Origin: Escherichia coli
GTDB lineage: Bacteria; Pseudomonadota; Gammaproteobacteria; Enterobacterales; Enterobacteriaceae
Length of the DNA stretch: 64,000 nucleotides
Assembly: GCF_003018255.1 (NCBI RefSeq)
Contig: NZ_CP027440.1
Strand: one strand, 5' to 3'
Positions within the stretch are counted from its first letter, which is position 1. Every line of letters begins with the position of its first letter. The notes beneath the pieces are model-generated. The model searched no databases. It worked only from the letters and a program-made list of their open reading frames with translations, and was not told the DNA's origin. Positions 26,290 to 38,268 of the stretch are shown piece by piece. The position numbers and the translations under genes are program-made.

Positions 26290-28293
26290 ATGTCCCGAAA
26301 AGACCTTGCCAATGCGATTCGCGCACTCAGTATGGATGCGGTACAAAAAGCCAATTCTGGTCATCCCGGCGCGCCGATGGGCATGGCTGATATTGCCGAA
26401 GTGCTGTGGAACGATTTTCTTAAACATAATCCTACCGACCCAACCTGGTATGATCGCGACCGCTTTATTCTTTCCAACGGTCACGCGTCGATGCTGCTCT
26501 ACAGTTTGCTGCATCTGACCGGTTACGACCTGCCACTGGAAGAACTGAAGAACTTCCGTCAGTTGCATTCGAAAACCCCTGGTCACCCGGAAATCGGCTA
26601 TACGCCAGGTGTTGAAACCACCACCGGTCCTCTTGGACAAGGTTTGGCGAACGCCGTCGGGCTGGCGATAGCAGAGCGTACGCTGGCGGCGCAGTTTAAT
26701 CAGCCGGATCATGAAATTGTCGATCACTTCACCTATGTGTTTATGGGCGACGGCTGCCTGATGGAAGGTATCTCTCACGAAGTCTGTTCGCTGGCGGGCA
26801 CGCTGGGGCTGGGCAAGCTGATTGGTTTTTACGATCACAACGGTATTTCCATCGACGGTGAAACCGAAGGCTGGTTTACCGACGATACGGCAAAACGTTT
26901 TGAAGCCTATCACTGGCATGTGATCCACGAGATCGACGGTCACGATCCGCAGGCGGTGAAGGAAGCGATCCTTGAAGCGCAAAGCGTGAAAGATAAGCCG
27001 TCGCTGATTATCTGCCGTACGGTGATTGGCTTTGGATCGCCGAATAAAGCAGGTAAAGAAGAGGCGCACGGCGCACCGCTGGGTGAAGAAGAAGTGGCAT
27101 TGGCACGGCAAAAACTGGGCTGGCACCATCCGCCATTTGAGATCCCTAAAGAGATTTATCACGCCTGGGATGCCCGCGAAAAAGGCGAAAAAGCGCAGCA
27201 GAGCTGGAATGAGAAGTATGCAGCCTACAAAAAGGCCCATCCGCAACTGGCAGAAGAGTTTACCCGTCGGATGAGCGGTGGTTTACCGAAGGACTGGGAG
27301 AAAACGACTCAGAAATATATCAATGAATTACAGGCAAATCCGGCGAAAATCGCTACCCGTAAGGCTTCGCAAAATACGCTTAACGCTTACGGGCCAATGC
27401 TTCCTGAATTGCTCGGCGGTTCGGCGGATCTGGCTCCCAGCAACCTCACCATCTGGAAAGGTTCTGTGTCGCTGAAGGAGGATCCGGCGGGCAACTACAT
27501 TCACTACGGGGTGCGGGAATTTGGCATGACCGCTATCGCCAATGGCATTGCGCACCACGGCGGCTTCGTGCCGTATACCGCGACGTTCCTGATGTTTGTT
27601 GAATACGCTCGTAACGCCGCGCGGATGGCGGCACTGATGAAAGCGCGGCAGATTATGGTTTATACCCACGACTCAATTGGCTTAGGGGAAGATGGTCCGA
27701 CCCACCAGGCCGTTGAGCAACTGGCCAGTCTGCGCTTAACGCCAAATTTCAGCACCTGGCGACCGTGCGATCAGGTGGAAGCGGCGGTTGGCTGGAAGCT
27801 GGCGGTTGAGCGCCACAACGGACCGACGGCACTGATCCTCTCCAGGCAGAATCTGGCCCAGGTGGAACGTACGCCGGATCAGGTTAAAGAGATTGCTCGT
27901 GGCGGTTATGTACTGAAAGACAGCGGCGGTAAGCCAGATATTATTTTGATTGCCACCGGTTCAGAGATGGAAATCACCCTGCAAGCGGCAGAGAAATTAG
28001 CAGGAGAAGGTCGCAATGTACGCGTAGTTTCGCTGCCCTCGACCGATATTTTCGACGCCCAGGATGAGGAATATCGGGAGTCGGTGTTGCCTTCTAACGT
28101 TGCGGCTCGCGTGGCGGTGGAAGCAGGCATCGCCGATTACTGGTACAAATATGTTGGTCTGAAAGGGGCAATTGTCGGGATGACCGGCTATGGGGAATCT
28201 GCTCCGGCAGATAAGCTGTTCCCGTTCTTTGGCTTTACCGCCGAGAATATTGTGGCAAAAGCGCATAAGGTGCTGGGAGTGAAAGGTGCCTGA
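26290..28293 (+). CDS. tktB: transketolase 2
   Basis: ORF 26227..28293; start taken at internal Met ([27 protein letters not shown], 667 aa). Confidence 0.93.
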   Translation: MSRKDLANAIRALSMDAVQKANSGHPGAPMGMADIAEVLWNDFLKHNPTDPTWYDRDRFILSNGHASMLLYSLLHLTGYDLPLEELKNFRQLHSKTPGHPEIGYTPGVETTTGPLGQGLANAVGLAIAERTLAAQFNQPDHEIVDHFTYVFMGDGCLMEGISHEVCSLAGTLGLGKLIGFYDHNGISIDGETEGWFTDDTAKRFEAYHWHVIHEIDGHDPQAVKEAILEAQSVKDKPSLIICRTVIGFGSPNKAGKEEAHGAPLGEEEVALARQKLGWHHPPFEIPKEIYHAWDAREKGEKAQQSWNEKYAAYKKAHPQLAEEFTRRMSGGLPKDWEKTTQKYINELQANPAKIATRKASQNTLNAYGPMLPELLGGSADLAPSNLTIWKGSVSLKEDPAGNYIHYGVREFGMTAIANGIAHHGGFVPYTATFLMFVEYARNAARMAALMKARQIMVYTHDSIGLGEDGPTHQAVEQLASLRLTPNFSTWRPCDQVEAAVGWKLAVERHNGPTALILSRQNLAQVERTPDQVKEIARGGYVLKDSGGKPDIILIATGSEMEITLQAAEKLAGEGRNVRVVSLPSTDIFDAQDEEYRESVLPSNVAARVAVEAGIADYWYKYVGLKGAIVGMTGYGESAPADKLFPFFGFTAENIVAKAHKVLGVKGA

Positions 28294-28309
28294 TGGTGAT
28301 CGCCGGATG

Positions 28310-28378
28310 CTATATGTTCCCCTCACCCTAACCCTCTCCCCAGAGGGGCGAGGGGACGGTCCGTGCGCTTTTTAGGGG
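28310..28378. repeat. GC-rich boxC-like intergenic repeat (cccctcaccctaaccctctcccc...gaggggcgagggga)
   Basis: Imperfect G/C-tract inverted symmetry between convergent tktB and ypfG; family assignment from memory. Confidence 0.4.
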
Positions 28379-28395
28379 CGCATCTGGGATTTTGT

Positions 28396-29439
28396 TTAAC
28401 GGGTGATCCACAACGTGGGCCAGGCGTCTGGCCCATGCCAGTTATCGCAGGTGGGTTCTGCGGCGTAACGCACCAGGCGAAAAAGCTGACCGTCAAAGCG
28501 CCAGCGCGCCTGAATGCCACAATCGCTTAATCCGCGCCCTTTCGCTAAGGTCACCAGTTCACGCGATTTTTCATCGAATGTTGCGTTCATCAGTTCCAGT
28601 TCATTCGTCTCCTGACCGCTGTTGAACGGCAAACGTAACCGAACCGGGCGCGAGGCCAGTGGCTTTTTACGCGACACAATCCATGCCAAATCAATGGTGT
28701 TATAGGCCCCTGCCTCACAGCTAATCATCATCAGCGCTTTATCATCGGTCAGCGCAGTGACATTCACCTCTCGACGCAATGGATCAAGCGAGCAGCGCAG
28801 ACCATTCATCCGCCAGTTTCCATAATCCAGCAAATCGTTGCGTTCTTCGAGTGAGAGTGGCGTCGGCGTTGGGTTAACCACCGCGACCTCTTTCAGCGCA
28901 GGCGCGGGCGGTACGCTGAGCGGCGGTTCATCCCCTTTCTTTATCCACGCGGTTTCACTGCCAACGCGCTTTTGCTGAGCATCTATAAACAACAACGCCG
29001 CTTTTAAGCCACTCAGAGAAATAGTCTGATTGCCGTCGCGTAAGGTGATCGCCCTCCCTTCCTGAATCATCTGCAAAAACGCGGTGATGGTTGCCGTATC
29101 ATCGGTTACTAATAACCATGGTGAAATCCGCCACTTGTCACCACTTAACGCCAACGGCTCACCATCTAACAGCAGCCGTGGCGCTATCTCCCCTTCAGAC
29201 GCATCCGGCGACTTCAACCCGCCGCGCTCAATACGTAAAACGGCATCGGTATGCGCCCCGGCGCTGCGGCTCAGGGTCATCACCAGTCCGTTATGATCGC
29301 CCGTATTACGCGCCACGCAGAAGTTTTGGTTATTACAGGTGACCTGCCAGTCGGAAAACGCCCGTTGCGCTGGTGCCGCCCACACCAAAGACGTCGGCAA
29401 CAAAGCGAAAAAAAAGAGAAGGAAAATGCGATAGCGCAT
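28396..29439 (-). CDS. ypfG: DUF1176 periplasmic protein YpfG
   Basis: 347-aa ORF with N-terminal signal peptide. Confidence 0.85.
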   Translation of the reverse strand: MRYRIFLLFFFALLPTSLVWAAPAQRAFSDWQVTCNNQNFCVARNTGDHNGLVMTLSRSAGAHTDAVLRIERGGLKSPDASEGEIAPRLLLDGEPLALSGDKWRISPWLLVTDDTATITAFLQMIQEGRAITLRDGNQTISLSGLKAALLFIDAQQKRVGSETAWIKKGDEPPLSVPPAPALKEVAVVNPTPTPLSLEERNDLLDYGNWRMNGLRCSLDPLRREVNVTALTDDKALMMISCEAGAYNTIDLAWIVSRKKPLASRPVRLRLPFNSGQETNELELMNATFDEKSRELVTLAKGRGLSDCGIQARWRFDGQLFRLVRYAAEPTCDNWHGPDAWPTLWITR

Positions 29440-29564
29440 GGACGGTACGACCCCAGAAGTTCAAACAAACAGCACAAGTCGTATCTTCGTTGCGCAGGTA
29501 GCGCGGCTCAATCGGATTTATCGGATTGAGCCAATAATAAACAACGAAATATTATTGTTATTTT

Positions 29565-30140
29565 TCAGTCCATTAAATGTGACATTTGCAAATAGTTAAG
29601 CAATAACACCGTCTTACCGTCACGTATCTCGCCAGTTTTGATCATCTCCAGCGCCTTGTTGAACGGCAGCTCGAGCACTTCAATATCTTCATCTTCGACA
29701 CCACCGCCGGCGTTAGCGCGCTGGCTGTCACTGTATTCGGCGATAAAGAAGTGGATTAGCTCAGTCACACCGCCTGGCGACATATACAGTTCAAATAATT
29801 TGCGCACTTCGCCAACTTCATAACCCGTCTCTTCAATCGCTTCTTTACGAATACACACTTCCGGTTCGTCGTTATCCAGCAGCCCGGCGCAGGTTTCAAT
29901 CAGTTGCCCGCTTTCATTGCCATTAACCCAGGTAGCGACGCGGAACTGGCGAATCAGAACCACGGTCTTTTTCTTCGCGTTGTACAGGAGGATCGTTGCA
30001 CCATTACCGCGATCGTAAACTTCACGTTTATGGCGGATAACTTCGCCATCTTTGCGCGTGAGATCGTAAGTAATGTTGTGCAGGGTGAAATAGTTATCGG
30101 AGAGAATTTTGTCTTTAATGAGGGTGATTTGTTGCGTCAT
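29565..30140 (-). CDS. nudK: GDP-mannose pyrophosphatase (Nudix hydrolase)
   Basis: ORF 29565..30167; start taken at internal Met ([13 protein letters not shown], 191 aa); Nudix box (REAIEETG). Confidence 0.9.
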   Translation of the reverse strand: MTQQITLIKDKILSDNYFTLHNITYDLTRKDGEVIRHKREVYDRGNGATILLYNAKKKTVVLIRQFRVATWVNGNESGQLIETCAGLLDNDEPEVCIRKEAIEETGYEVGEVRKLFELYMSPGGVTELIHFFIAEYSDSQRANAGGGVEDEDIEVLELPFNKALEMIKTGEIRDGKTVLLLNYLQMSHLMD

Positions 30141-30207
30141 ACCGACTCCACAGCGCGAAATGAACAATTATCTTACGCTGTGAAGCCGGGTTTGTCTGCG
30201 CAGGCTA

Positions 30208-32187
30208 TCAGTGAGATTTGACTGATTTTACCCCCAGCCAGTCAATAATCCCCTGTGCCGCATGACGTCCTTCTGCCATTGCGGTAACCACCAGATCCGC
30301 ACCACGCACGGCGTCACCACCGGCGAAGATTTTCGGATTGGTGGTCTGGTAACGGTACTGGCTTTCCACATCCGCGATGATGCGGCCCCATTTGTCTACC
30401 GTTACACCGTGCGACTCCAGCCACGGCATCCCGTGCGGATTGAAGCCAAACGCCATAATCACCGCATCGGCTGGCATGACAAATTCACTGCCTTCCACCG
30501 GCACTGGACGCCGACGCCCCTGGGCATCCGGCTCGCCAAGACGCGTGCGCAGGAAACGAATCCCGCAGACGTGACCTTGTTCATTCAGTTCAAGCGCCAC
30601 CGGCTGGACGTTAAATTCGAAGTTGGCCCCCTCTTCACGGGCGTTCTTCACCTCTTTCTTCGAGCCTGGCATGTTAGCTTCATCACGACGATAAGCGCAG
30701 GTGACGTTACTCGCGCCGTGGCGCAGCGCAGTACGCACACAGTCCATCGCGGTGTCGCCGCCGCCCAGTACCACGACGTTAAGTCCGGCAGTATTGATAA
30801 ACGGCTCTTCCGGTAGCTCTTCGAGTCCCATCACCTGTTTAGTATTGGCGATGAGGAACGGCAGCGCGTCATAAACGCCCGGCGCATCTTCATTGGGTAA
30901 ACCCGCTTTCATGGAGCGGTAAGTGCCTACGCCAACGAAGACCGCGTCGTATTGTTCCAAAAGCGAATTCAAAGAGACATCTTTACCCACTTCACAATTG
31001 AGTTCGAAGTGAATCCCCATCGCGCTGAAGATTTCCCGACGGCGTGCCAGCAGGGATTTATCCAGTTTGAAAGAAGGAATGCCGAAAGTGAGCAAGCCAC
31101 CGATTTCTGGATGGCGATCGTACACCGTCACCTCTACGCCATTGCGGGTCAAAACATCCGCACAGGCCAGCCCTGCCGGACCCGCACCGATAATCGCCAC
31201 CCGCTTGTCCACTTTGGTGACATGGCTTAAGTCAGGACGCCAACCTTTCGCCAACGCCTGATCTGAAATGTAGCGTTCAATGTTACCGATAGTTACTGCG
31301 CCGTGCTCATCGCGAATAGTACAGGCACCTTCACACAAACGGTCTTGCGGGCAAACGCGTCCGGTAATTTCCGGCAGGGTGTTGGTCTGGTGAGAAAGCT
31401 CGACGGCGGCGTCGATGTTTCCGGCTTTCACCAGTTCAATCCACTGCGGTATATGGTTATGCAGCGGGCAGGTCCATTCACAAACGCTGTGCTCGCCGCA
31501 CTTAAGGCAGCGCGAGGCTTCCCGTTGTACCTGATCGGCACGGAATGGCAGATAAATTTCATCAAAACCGGTTTTGCGCGCTTCAATCGCCAGTTTATCT
31601 GGCTCGCCACGCGCGGGCGTTGCCTGCATTTGCTCGACTTTACTCATTACCGGCATTTCTTGCGCCGCGGTACTGGCATGCCACGGTTGATGTTCCTGAC
31701 GTGCGGTACGCAAGCGGCGGGATTTCGCCATGCCTGAGAGTGCGGCGTCAGTGACCAGTTGCAGCGCGTCCGCTGGGCAATTCTCGACACAAGCAGGACC
31801 GTTTTCGCGCCCTGCACAAAGGTCGCATTTATGCGCCGTGGCTTTTACTTTTCCTGCCGCGACGGGGGTCAGGACGATTTGCATCGTACCAAATGGACAG
31901 GCCACCACGCAGGATTTACAGCCAATACACTTTTGCTGATTGACCTGAATGCTGTCATCAACGTGGCTGATTGCGCCATTAGGGCAGCTACGGGCGCAGG
32001 GCGCATCTTCACAATGGTGACAGGTCACGGCACTACGTTGCTGCTGATGTTTGATAACCGTAATTCGGGGATGAAAATGGTGTTGGCTCAGGACATGTTG
32101 CTCATCATTGTGAGCCATGACACAGGCGATTTCACAAGCATGACAACCCAGACATTGCTGACTGTTGGCCATAATAAAACGATTCAT
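30208..32187 (-). CDS. aegA: Fe-S cluster-containing oxidoreductase AegA (4Fe-4S ferredoxin domains + GltD-like FAD/NAD(P) domain)
   Basis: 659-aa ORF; multiple CxxCxxCxxxCP motifs; dinucleotide-binding GxGxxG. Confidence 0.92.
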   Translation of the reverse strand: MNRFIMANSQQCLGCHACEIACVMAHNDEQHVLSQHHFHPRITVIKHQQQRSAVTCHHCEDAPCARSCPNGAISHVDDSIQVNQQKCIGCKSCVVACPFGTMQIVLTPVAAGKVKATAHKCDLCAGRENGPACVENCPADALQLVTDAALSGMAKSRRLRTARQEHQPWHASTAAQEMPVMSKVEQMQATPARGEPDKLAIEARKTGFDEIYLPFRADQVQREASRCLKCGEHSVCEWTCPLHNHIPQWIELVKAGNIDAAVELSHQTNTLPEITGRVCPQDRLCEGACTIRDEHGAVTIGNIERYISDQALAKGWRPDLSHVTKVDKRVAIIGAGPAGLACADVLTRNGVEVTVYDRHPEIGGLLTFGIPSFKLDKSLLARRREIFSAMGIHFELNCEVGKDVSLNSLLEQYDAVFVGVGTYRSMKAGLPNEDAPGVYDALPFLIANTKQVMGLEELPEEPFINTAGLNVVVLGGGDTAMDCVRTALRHGASNVTCAYRRDEANMPGSKKEVKNAREEGANFEFNVQPVALELNEQGHVCGIRFLRTRLGEPDAQGRRRPVPVEGSEFVMPADAVIMAFGFNPHGMPWLESHGVTVDKWGRIIADVESQYRYQTTNPKIFAGGDAVRGADLVVTAMAEGRHAAQGIIDWLGVKSVKSH

Positions 32188-32392
32188 AACGACCTTCTTT
32201 TTTGGTTGTAAAAACCTTATTCTTTATATGAGTGTTGTTATTACCCGACTTACAGGGGAATCGGCAATGTTCATGTGCCCAGAATAAGTAACTATTTCGC
32301 TATAAACTGTGGCAGATCAAATAATCCCATCACTGACTAAATTGCGTTTCAGCGAATTGGAACATTAATGATTTTTTGTGGAGAAGACGCGT

Positions 32393-34093
32393 GTGATTGT
32401 TAAACGACCCGTCTCGGCCAGTCTGGCCCGGGCCTTTTTTTACATTGTGCTGCTGTCGATTCTTTCCACGGGTATCGCTCTGCTAACGCTGGCGAGCAGT
32501 TTACGCGACGCTGAGGCTATCAATATTGCCGGATCGCTGCGTATGCAGAGTTACCGCCTGGGCTACGACTTGCAAAGTGGCAGTCCACAACTCAATGCAC
32601 ATCGCCAGTTATTTCAGCAGGCACTGCATTCACCGGTATTAACCAATCTCAACGTCTGGTATGTGCCAGAGGCAGTAAAAACCCGCTATGCGCATCTGAA
32701 TGCCAACTGGCTGGAGATGAATAATCGGCTCAGCAAGGGCGACTTGCCGTGGTATCAGGCCAATATTAATAATTATGTTAATCAGATAGACCTGTTCGTG
32801 CTGGCTTTACAGCACTACGCCGAACGCAAAATGCTGCTGGTGGTGGCGATCTCCCTGGCTGGCGGCATCGGTATTTTCACGCTGGTCTTTTTTACTTTGC
32901 GCCGCATACGCCATCAGGTGGTTGCCCCGCTGAATCAGCTGGTTACCGCCAGTCAGCGTATTGAACACGGGCAGTTCGACTCGCCGCCGCTGGATACCAG
33001 CCTGCCGAATGAGCTTGGCCTGCTTGCAAAAACCTTTAACCAGATGTCGAGCGAGCTGCATAAATTGTACCGTTCGCTGGAGGCGTCAGTAGAAGAAAAG
33101 ACCCGCGATCTCCACGAGGCCAAGCGTCGTCTGGAGGTGTTGTATCAGTGTTCGCAGGCGCTAAACACCAGCCAGATTGATGTGCATTGTTTCCGCCATA
33201 TTTTGCAGATTGTTCGCGACAATGAAGCGGCTGAATATCTGGAGTTAAATGTCGGTGACAACTGGCGGATTAGCGAAGGGCAGCCAAACCCGGAATTGCC
33301 GATGCAGATTTTACCGGTGACAATGCAAGAGACGGTTTACGGCGAACTGCACTGGCAAAATAGTCACGTTTCATCATCAGAACCGCTGCTTAACAGTGTT
33401 TCGTCGATGCTGGGACGCGGTTTGTACTTTAATCAGGCGCAGAAGCATTTTCAGCAGTTATTGTTGATGGAAGAACGTGCGACCATCGCCCGCGAATTGC
33501 ACGACTCGCTGGCTCAGGTACTTTCTTACTTACGTATCCAGTTGACGTTACTGAAGCGTTCGATACCGGAAGATAACGCCACCGCACAAAGTATCATGGC
33601 CGATTTCTCCCAGGCGCTGAATGATGCTTATCGGCAGTTACGCGAGCTGTTAACTACTTTCCGCCTGACGCTGCAGCAGGCGGATCTCCCCTCCGCGTTG
33701 AGGGAAATGCTGGATACGTTACAAAATCAAACCAGCGCCAAACTGACCCTCGACTGCCGTCTGCCAACCCTGGCGCTGGATGCGCAAATGCAGGTGCATT
33801 TGTTGCAAATTATTCGCGAAGCGGTGCTGAATGCGATGAAGCACGCCAACGCCAGCGAAATCGCCGTTAGCTGCGTCACCGCGCCGGATGGCAATCACAC
33901 AGTCTATATTCGCGACAACGGGATTGGCATCGGTGAACCGAAAGAACCCGAAGGCCATTATGGTCTGAATATCATGCGCGAACGCGCGGAAAGATTGGGT
34001 GGGACGCTGACTTTTTCACAACCTTCCGGCGGCGGCACGTTAGTGAGTATTAGCTTTCGCTCTGCGGAGGGTGAGGAAAGTCAGCTGATGTAA
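32393..34093 (+). CDS. narQ: nitrate/nitrite sensor histidine kinase NarQ
   Basis: ORF 32378..34093; probable GTG start at 32393 (MIVKRPVSASLARAFFYIV..., 566 aa); HAMP and HisKA_3/HATPase domains. Confidence 0.9.
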   Translation: MIVKRPVSASLARAFFYIVLLSILSTGIALLTLASSLRDAEAINIAGSLRMQSYRLGYDLQSGSPQLNAHRQLFQQALHSPVLTNLNVWYVPEAVKTRYAHLNANWLEMNNRLSKGDLPWYQANINNYVNQIDLFVLALQHYAERKMLLVVAISLAGGIGIFTLVFFTLRRIRHQVVAPLNQLVTASQRIEHGQFDSPPLDTSLPNELGLLAKTFNQMSSELHKLYRSLEASVEEKTRDLHEAKRRLEVLYQCSQALNTSQIDVHCFRHILQIVRDNEAAEYLELNVGDNWRISEGQPNPELPMQILPVTMQETVYGELHWQNSHVSSSEPLLNSVSSMLGRGLYFNQAQKHFQQLLLMEERATIARELHDSLAQVLSYLRIQLTLLKRSIPEDNATAQSIMADFSQALNDAYRQLRELLTTFRLTLQQADLPSALREMLDTLQNQTSAKLTLDCRLPTLALDAQMQVHLLQIIREAVLNAMKHANASEIAVSCVTAPDGNHTVYIRDNGIGIGEPKEPEGHYGLNIMRERAERLGGTLTFSQPSGGGTLVSISFRSAEGEESQLM

Positions 34094-34256
34094 TGCCTCT
34101 TATTGACCAAAGAATAGTGGCACTTAAGGTTCAGTATAAAAGGGCATGATAATTTACATTAACTCCTTTTTTTCTCCACGATTGGCTCGTACCTTGCCGC
34201 TACAGTGAAGCAAGTCAAGCCTACAACGATACGCAGAAACACGAGGTCCTCTTTTA

Positions 34257-37200
34257 ATGGCGAATTTCTTTATTGATCGCCCCATTTTTGCCTGGGTGCT
34301 GGCAATCCTGTTGTGTCTGACAGGTACCCTGGCGATTTTTTCATTGCCCGTTGAACAATACCCCGATCTCGCGCCACCGAATGTGCGAGTGACCGCTAAC
34401 TATCCCGGCGCATCGGCCCAGACGCTGGAAAACACCGTGACCCAGGTTATCGAGCAAAATATGACCGGCCTCGATAATCTCATGTATATGTCGTCTCAGA
34501 GCAGTGGCACCGGCCAGGCATCTGTCACTTTAAGTTTTAAAGCAGGCACCGATCCGGACGAAGCCGTGCAGCAAGTACAAAACCAGCTGCAATCAGCCAT
34601 GCGAAAGTTACCGCAGGCGGTGCAAAATCAGGGCGTGACGGTGCGTAAAACCGGCGATACCAATATTCTGACCATTGCCTTCGTCTCTACCGATGGTTCG
34701 ATGGATAAACAGGATATTGCCGATTACGTTGCCAGTAATATTCAGGACCCGTTAAGCCGCGTGAATGGCGTCGGGGATATCGATGCCTATGGTTCGCAAT
34801 ATTCCATGCGTATCTGGCTGGACCCGGCGAAACTCAACAGTTTCCAGATGACGGCTAAAGATGTCACTGATGCCATTGAGTCACAGAACGCGCAGATTGC
34901 GGTTGGGCAACTTGGTGGTACGCCTTCCGTCGATAAGCAGGCGCTCAACGCCACCATTAACGCCCAGTCACTGCTGCAAACACCAGAACAGTTCCGCGAT
35001 ATCACCTTGCGGGTGAATCAGGACGGTTCAGAGGTAAGGCTGGGCGATGTCGCCACCGTCGAAATGGGGGCGGAAAAATACGATTATCTTAGCCGCTTCA
35101 ATGGTAAGCCAGCCTCCGGGCTGGGGGTAAAACTGGCCTCCGGCGCGAACGAAATGGCGACTGCGCAGCTGGTGCTCAATCGTCTCGACGAGCTGGCGCA
35201 GTATTTTCCACACGGACTGGAATACAAGGTGGCGTATGAAACCACCTCGTTTGTTAAAGCCTCCATTGAAGACGTGGTGAAAACGCTGCTGGAAGCTATC
35301 GCTCTGGTTTTCCTCGTTATGTATCTGTTCCTGCAAAACTTCCGCGCCACGCTGATACCCACTATCGCCGTGCCGGTGGTGTTGATGGGAACCTTCTCCG
35401 TACTTTATGCCTTCGGTTACAGCGTCAACACCTTAACCATGTTCGCGATGGTGCTGGCGATCGGTCTGCTGGTGGATGATGCCATCGTGGTGGTGGAAAA
35501 CGTCGAACGTATTATGAGTGAGGAAGGACTCACTCCTCGCGAAGCCACACGTAAATCGATGGGGCAGATCCAGGGGGCACTGGTCGGGATTGCGATGGTG
35601 CTTTCGGCGGTATTTGTGCCAATGGCCTTCTTCGGCGGCACCACCGGTGCCATCTATCGCCAGTTCTCTATTACCATTGTTGCGGCGATGGTGCTGTCAG
35701 TACTGGTAGCGATGATCCTCACTCCGGCTCTGTGTGCCACGCTACTTAAGCCACTGAAAAAAGGTGAGCATCACGGGCAAAAAGGCTTTTTTGCCTGGTT
35801 TAACCAGATGTTTAACCGCAACGCCGAACGCTACGAAAAAGGGGTGGCGAAAATTCTCCACCGTAGCCTGCGCTGGATTGTGATTTATGTCCTGCTGCTT
35901 GGCGGCATGGTGTTCCTGTTCCTGCGTTTGCCGACGTCGTTCTTGCCACTTGAAGACCGTGGCATGTTTACTACCTCGGTACAGTTGCCCAGCGGTTCAA
36001 CCCAACAACAGACCCTGAAAGTCGTTGAGCAAATCGAGAAATACTACTTCACCCATGAAAAAGACAACATCATGTCGGTGTTTGCCACTGTTGGTTCTGG
36101 CCCTGGGGGTAACGGGCAAAACGTGGCGAGAATGTTTATCCGCCTGAAAGACTGGAGCGAACGCGACAGTAAGACCGGCACCTCGTTTGCCATTATCGAG
36201 CGTGCAACGAAGGCGTTTAACAAGATTAAAGAAGCTCGCGTTATCGCCAGCAGCCCGCCAGCAATTAGCGGTCTTGGTAGTTCTGCAGGTTTTGATATGG
36301 AGTTGCAGGACCACGCTGGAGCGGGTCACGATGCGCTGATGGCAGCACGTAACCAGTTGCTGGCGCTGGCGGCGGAAAACCCGGAGCTAACCCGTGTGCG
36401 CCATAACGGCCTCGACGACAGTCCGCAGTTGCAGATTGATATCGACCAGCGTAAAGCTCAGGCGCTGGGCGTTGCTATCGACGATATTAACGACACACTG
36501 CAAACCGCCTGGGGTTCGAGCTATGTGAATGACTTTATGGATCGCGGTCGCGTGAAGAAAGTCTATGTGCAGGCAGCTGCGCCGTATCGCATGCTGCCAG
36601 ATGACATCAATCTCTGGTATGTCCGAAATAAAGATGGCGGCATGGTGCCCTTCTCTGCTTTCGCGACCTCACGCTGGGAGACAGGCTCGCCGCGTCTGGA
36701 ACGCTATAACGGTTATTCTGCGGTAGAGATTGTAGGGGAAGCCGCACCGGGGGTCAGTACCGGTACGGCGATGGATATTATGGAATCGTTAGTGAAGCAG
36801 TTGCCAAACGGCTTTGGTCTGGAGTGGACGGCGATGTCGTATCAGGAGCGGCTTTCCGGCGCGCAGGCTCCGGCGCTGTACGCCATTTCCTTGCTGGTGG
36901 TATTCCTGTGTCTTGCGGCGTTGTATGAAAGCTGGTCGGTGCCGTTCTCGGTAATGCTGGTCGTGCCGCTGGGGGTTATCGGCGCGCTGCTGGCAACCTG
37001 GATGCGCGGGCTGGAAAACGACGTTTACTTCCAGGTGGGCCTGTTAACGGTCATTGGTTTATCGGCGAAAAACGCCATCCTGATCGTCGAGTTTGCTAAC
37101 GAGATGAACCAAAAAGGCCACGACCTGTTTGAAGCGACGCTCCACGCCTGCCGTCAGCGTTTACGCCCGATTCTGATGACTTCGCTGGCATTTATCTTCG

Positions 37201-37370
37201 GCGTATTGCCAATGGCAACCAGCACGGGTGCCGGTTCCGGTGGTCAGCATGCGGTGGGTACTGGCGTAATGGGCGGGATGATTTCGGCCACTATTCTGGC
37301 TATTTACTTCGTGCCGCTGTTCTTTGTGCTGGTGCGCCGCCGCTTCCCGCTGAAGCCGCGCCCGGAATAA
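34257..37370 (+). CDS. acrD: RND-family aminoglycoside efflux pump AcrD
   Basis: 1037-aa ORF; RND transporter with 12 TM segments and two large periplasmic loops. Confidence 0.94.
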   Translation: MANFFIDRPIFAWVLAILLCLTGTLAIFSLPVEQYPDLAPPNVRVTANYPGASAQTLENTVTQVIEQNMTGLDNLMYMSSQSSGTGQASVTLSFKAGTDPDEAVQQVQNQLQSAMRKLPQAVQNQGVTVRKTGDTNILTIAFVSTDGSMDKQDIADYVASNIQDPLSRVNGVGDIDAYGSQYSMRIWLDPAKLNSFQMTAKDVTDAIESQNAQIAVGQLGGTPSVDKQALNATINAQSLLQTPEQFRDITLRVNQDGSEVRLGDVATVEMGAEKYDYLSRFNGKPASGLGVKLASGANEMATAQLVLNRLDELAQYFPHGLEYKVAYETTSFVKASIEDVVKTLLEAIALVFLVMYLFLQNFRATLIPTIAVPVVLMGTFSVLYAFGYSVNTLTMFAMVLAIGLLVDDAIVVVENVERIMSEEGLTPREATRKSMGQIQGALVGIAMVLSAVFVPMAFFGGTTGAIYRQFSITIVAAMVLSVLVAMILTPALCATLLKPLKKGEHHGQKGFFAWFNQMFNRNAERYEKGVAKILHRSLRWIVIYVLLLGGMVFLFLRLPTSFLPLEDRGMFTTSVQLPSGSTQQQTLKVVEQIEKYYFTHEKDNIMSVFATVGSGPGGNGQNVARMFIRLKDWSERDSKTGTSFAIIERATKAFNKIKEARVIASSPPAISGLGSSAGFDMELQDHAGAGHDALMAARNQLLALAAENPELTRVRHNGLDDSPQLQIDIDQRKAQALGVAIDDINDTLQTAWGSSYVNDFMDRGRVKKVYVQAAAPYRMLPDDINLWYVRNKDGGMVPFSAFATSRWETGSPRLERYNGYSAVEIVGEAAPGVSTGTAMDIMESLVKQLPNGFGLEWTAMSYQERLSGAQAPALYAISLLVVFLCLAALYESWSVPFSVMLVVPLGVIGALLATWMRGLENDVYFQVGLLTVIGLSAKNAILIVEFANEMNQKGHDLFEATLHACRQRLRPILMTSLAFIFGVLPMATSTGAGSGGQHAVGTGVMGGMISATILAIYFVPLFFVLVRRRFPLKPRPE

Positions 37371-37374
37371 GCAA

Positions 37375-37408
37375 TAAAAAAGGCGACATGCTAATGTGTC
37401 GCCTTTTT
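37375..37408. terminator. bidirectional intrinsic terminator (acrD / ypfM)
   Basis: Stem ggcgaca...tgtcgcc flanked by A-run and T-run (aaaaaggcgacatgctaatgtgtcgccttttt). Confidence 0.7.
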
Positions 37409-37468
37409 CAACTTTCCGATTAAGAACCTGCTCAGCGGGTTCTTGCTGTTTGTACTTTGTCTCAGGAA

Positions 37469-37528
37469 TTACTTACGAAGCATAACTTCGATAAAGTCTT
37501 TCCAGTTCCCCAGTTCACGTTCAATCAT
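37469..37528 (-). CDS. ypfM: 19-aa small protein YpfM (MIERELGNWKDFIEVMLRK)
   Basis: Hand-translated minus-strand micro-ORF not in the ORF track; SD-like gagagg upstream; position between acrD and yffB as in K-12. Confidence 0.75.
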   Translation of the reverse strand: MIERELGNWKDFIEVMLRK

Positions 37529-37890
37529 AACAACCTCTCTTATAATTATGGGTATTCTACGGAAACAATATACCGTGGTGAAGCTAATTTACTCGATTGC
37601 TGCGATGACTACCTCCGGGGGACAAACCTTATGTAAATACTATGGTCCTGCGGTGATAATTTGTATGTGATACACAGCAACATTTCGAGATATTCATACG
37701 GCATCTAATACTGATTTAATTCTGGTTAAAATACAGACAGATAACAAGATGAATATTCTTAATGTTTACGTTAAAAATGTTTAATGTTATTTAATAGTTG
37801 TTAATTTGAATACTTCGATAATGTTATATTTCCTGATGATCATTTGCAGGCAAAATGTTTTCACCCTTAAATGAGTATTTATTCTCATAA

Positions 37891-38265
<375 letters not shown>

Positions 38266-38268
38266 TCT

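Noticed and set aside
26044-27246. 400-aa minus-strand ORF spanning the talA 3' end and tktB 5' half
   Set aside because: Antisense to two confidently identified genes and crosses their intergenic gap; Arg- and Phe-rich, no domain-like features.
37443-37670. 75-aa plus-strand ORF between acrD and yffB
   Set aside because: TTG-initiated, overlaps the acrD terminator and the ypfM micro-ORF on the other strand; no RBS.
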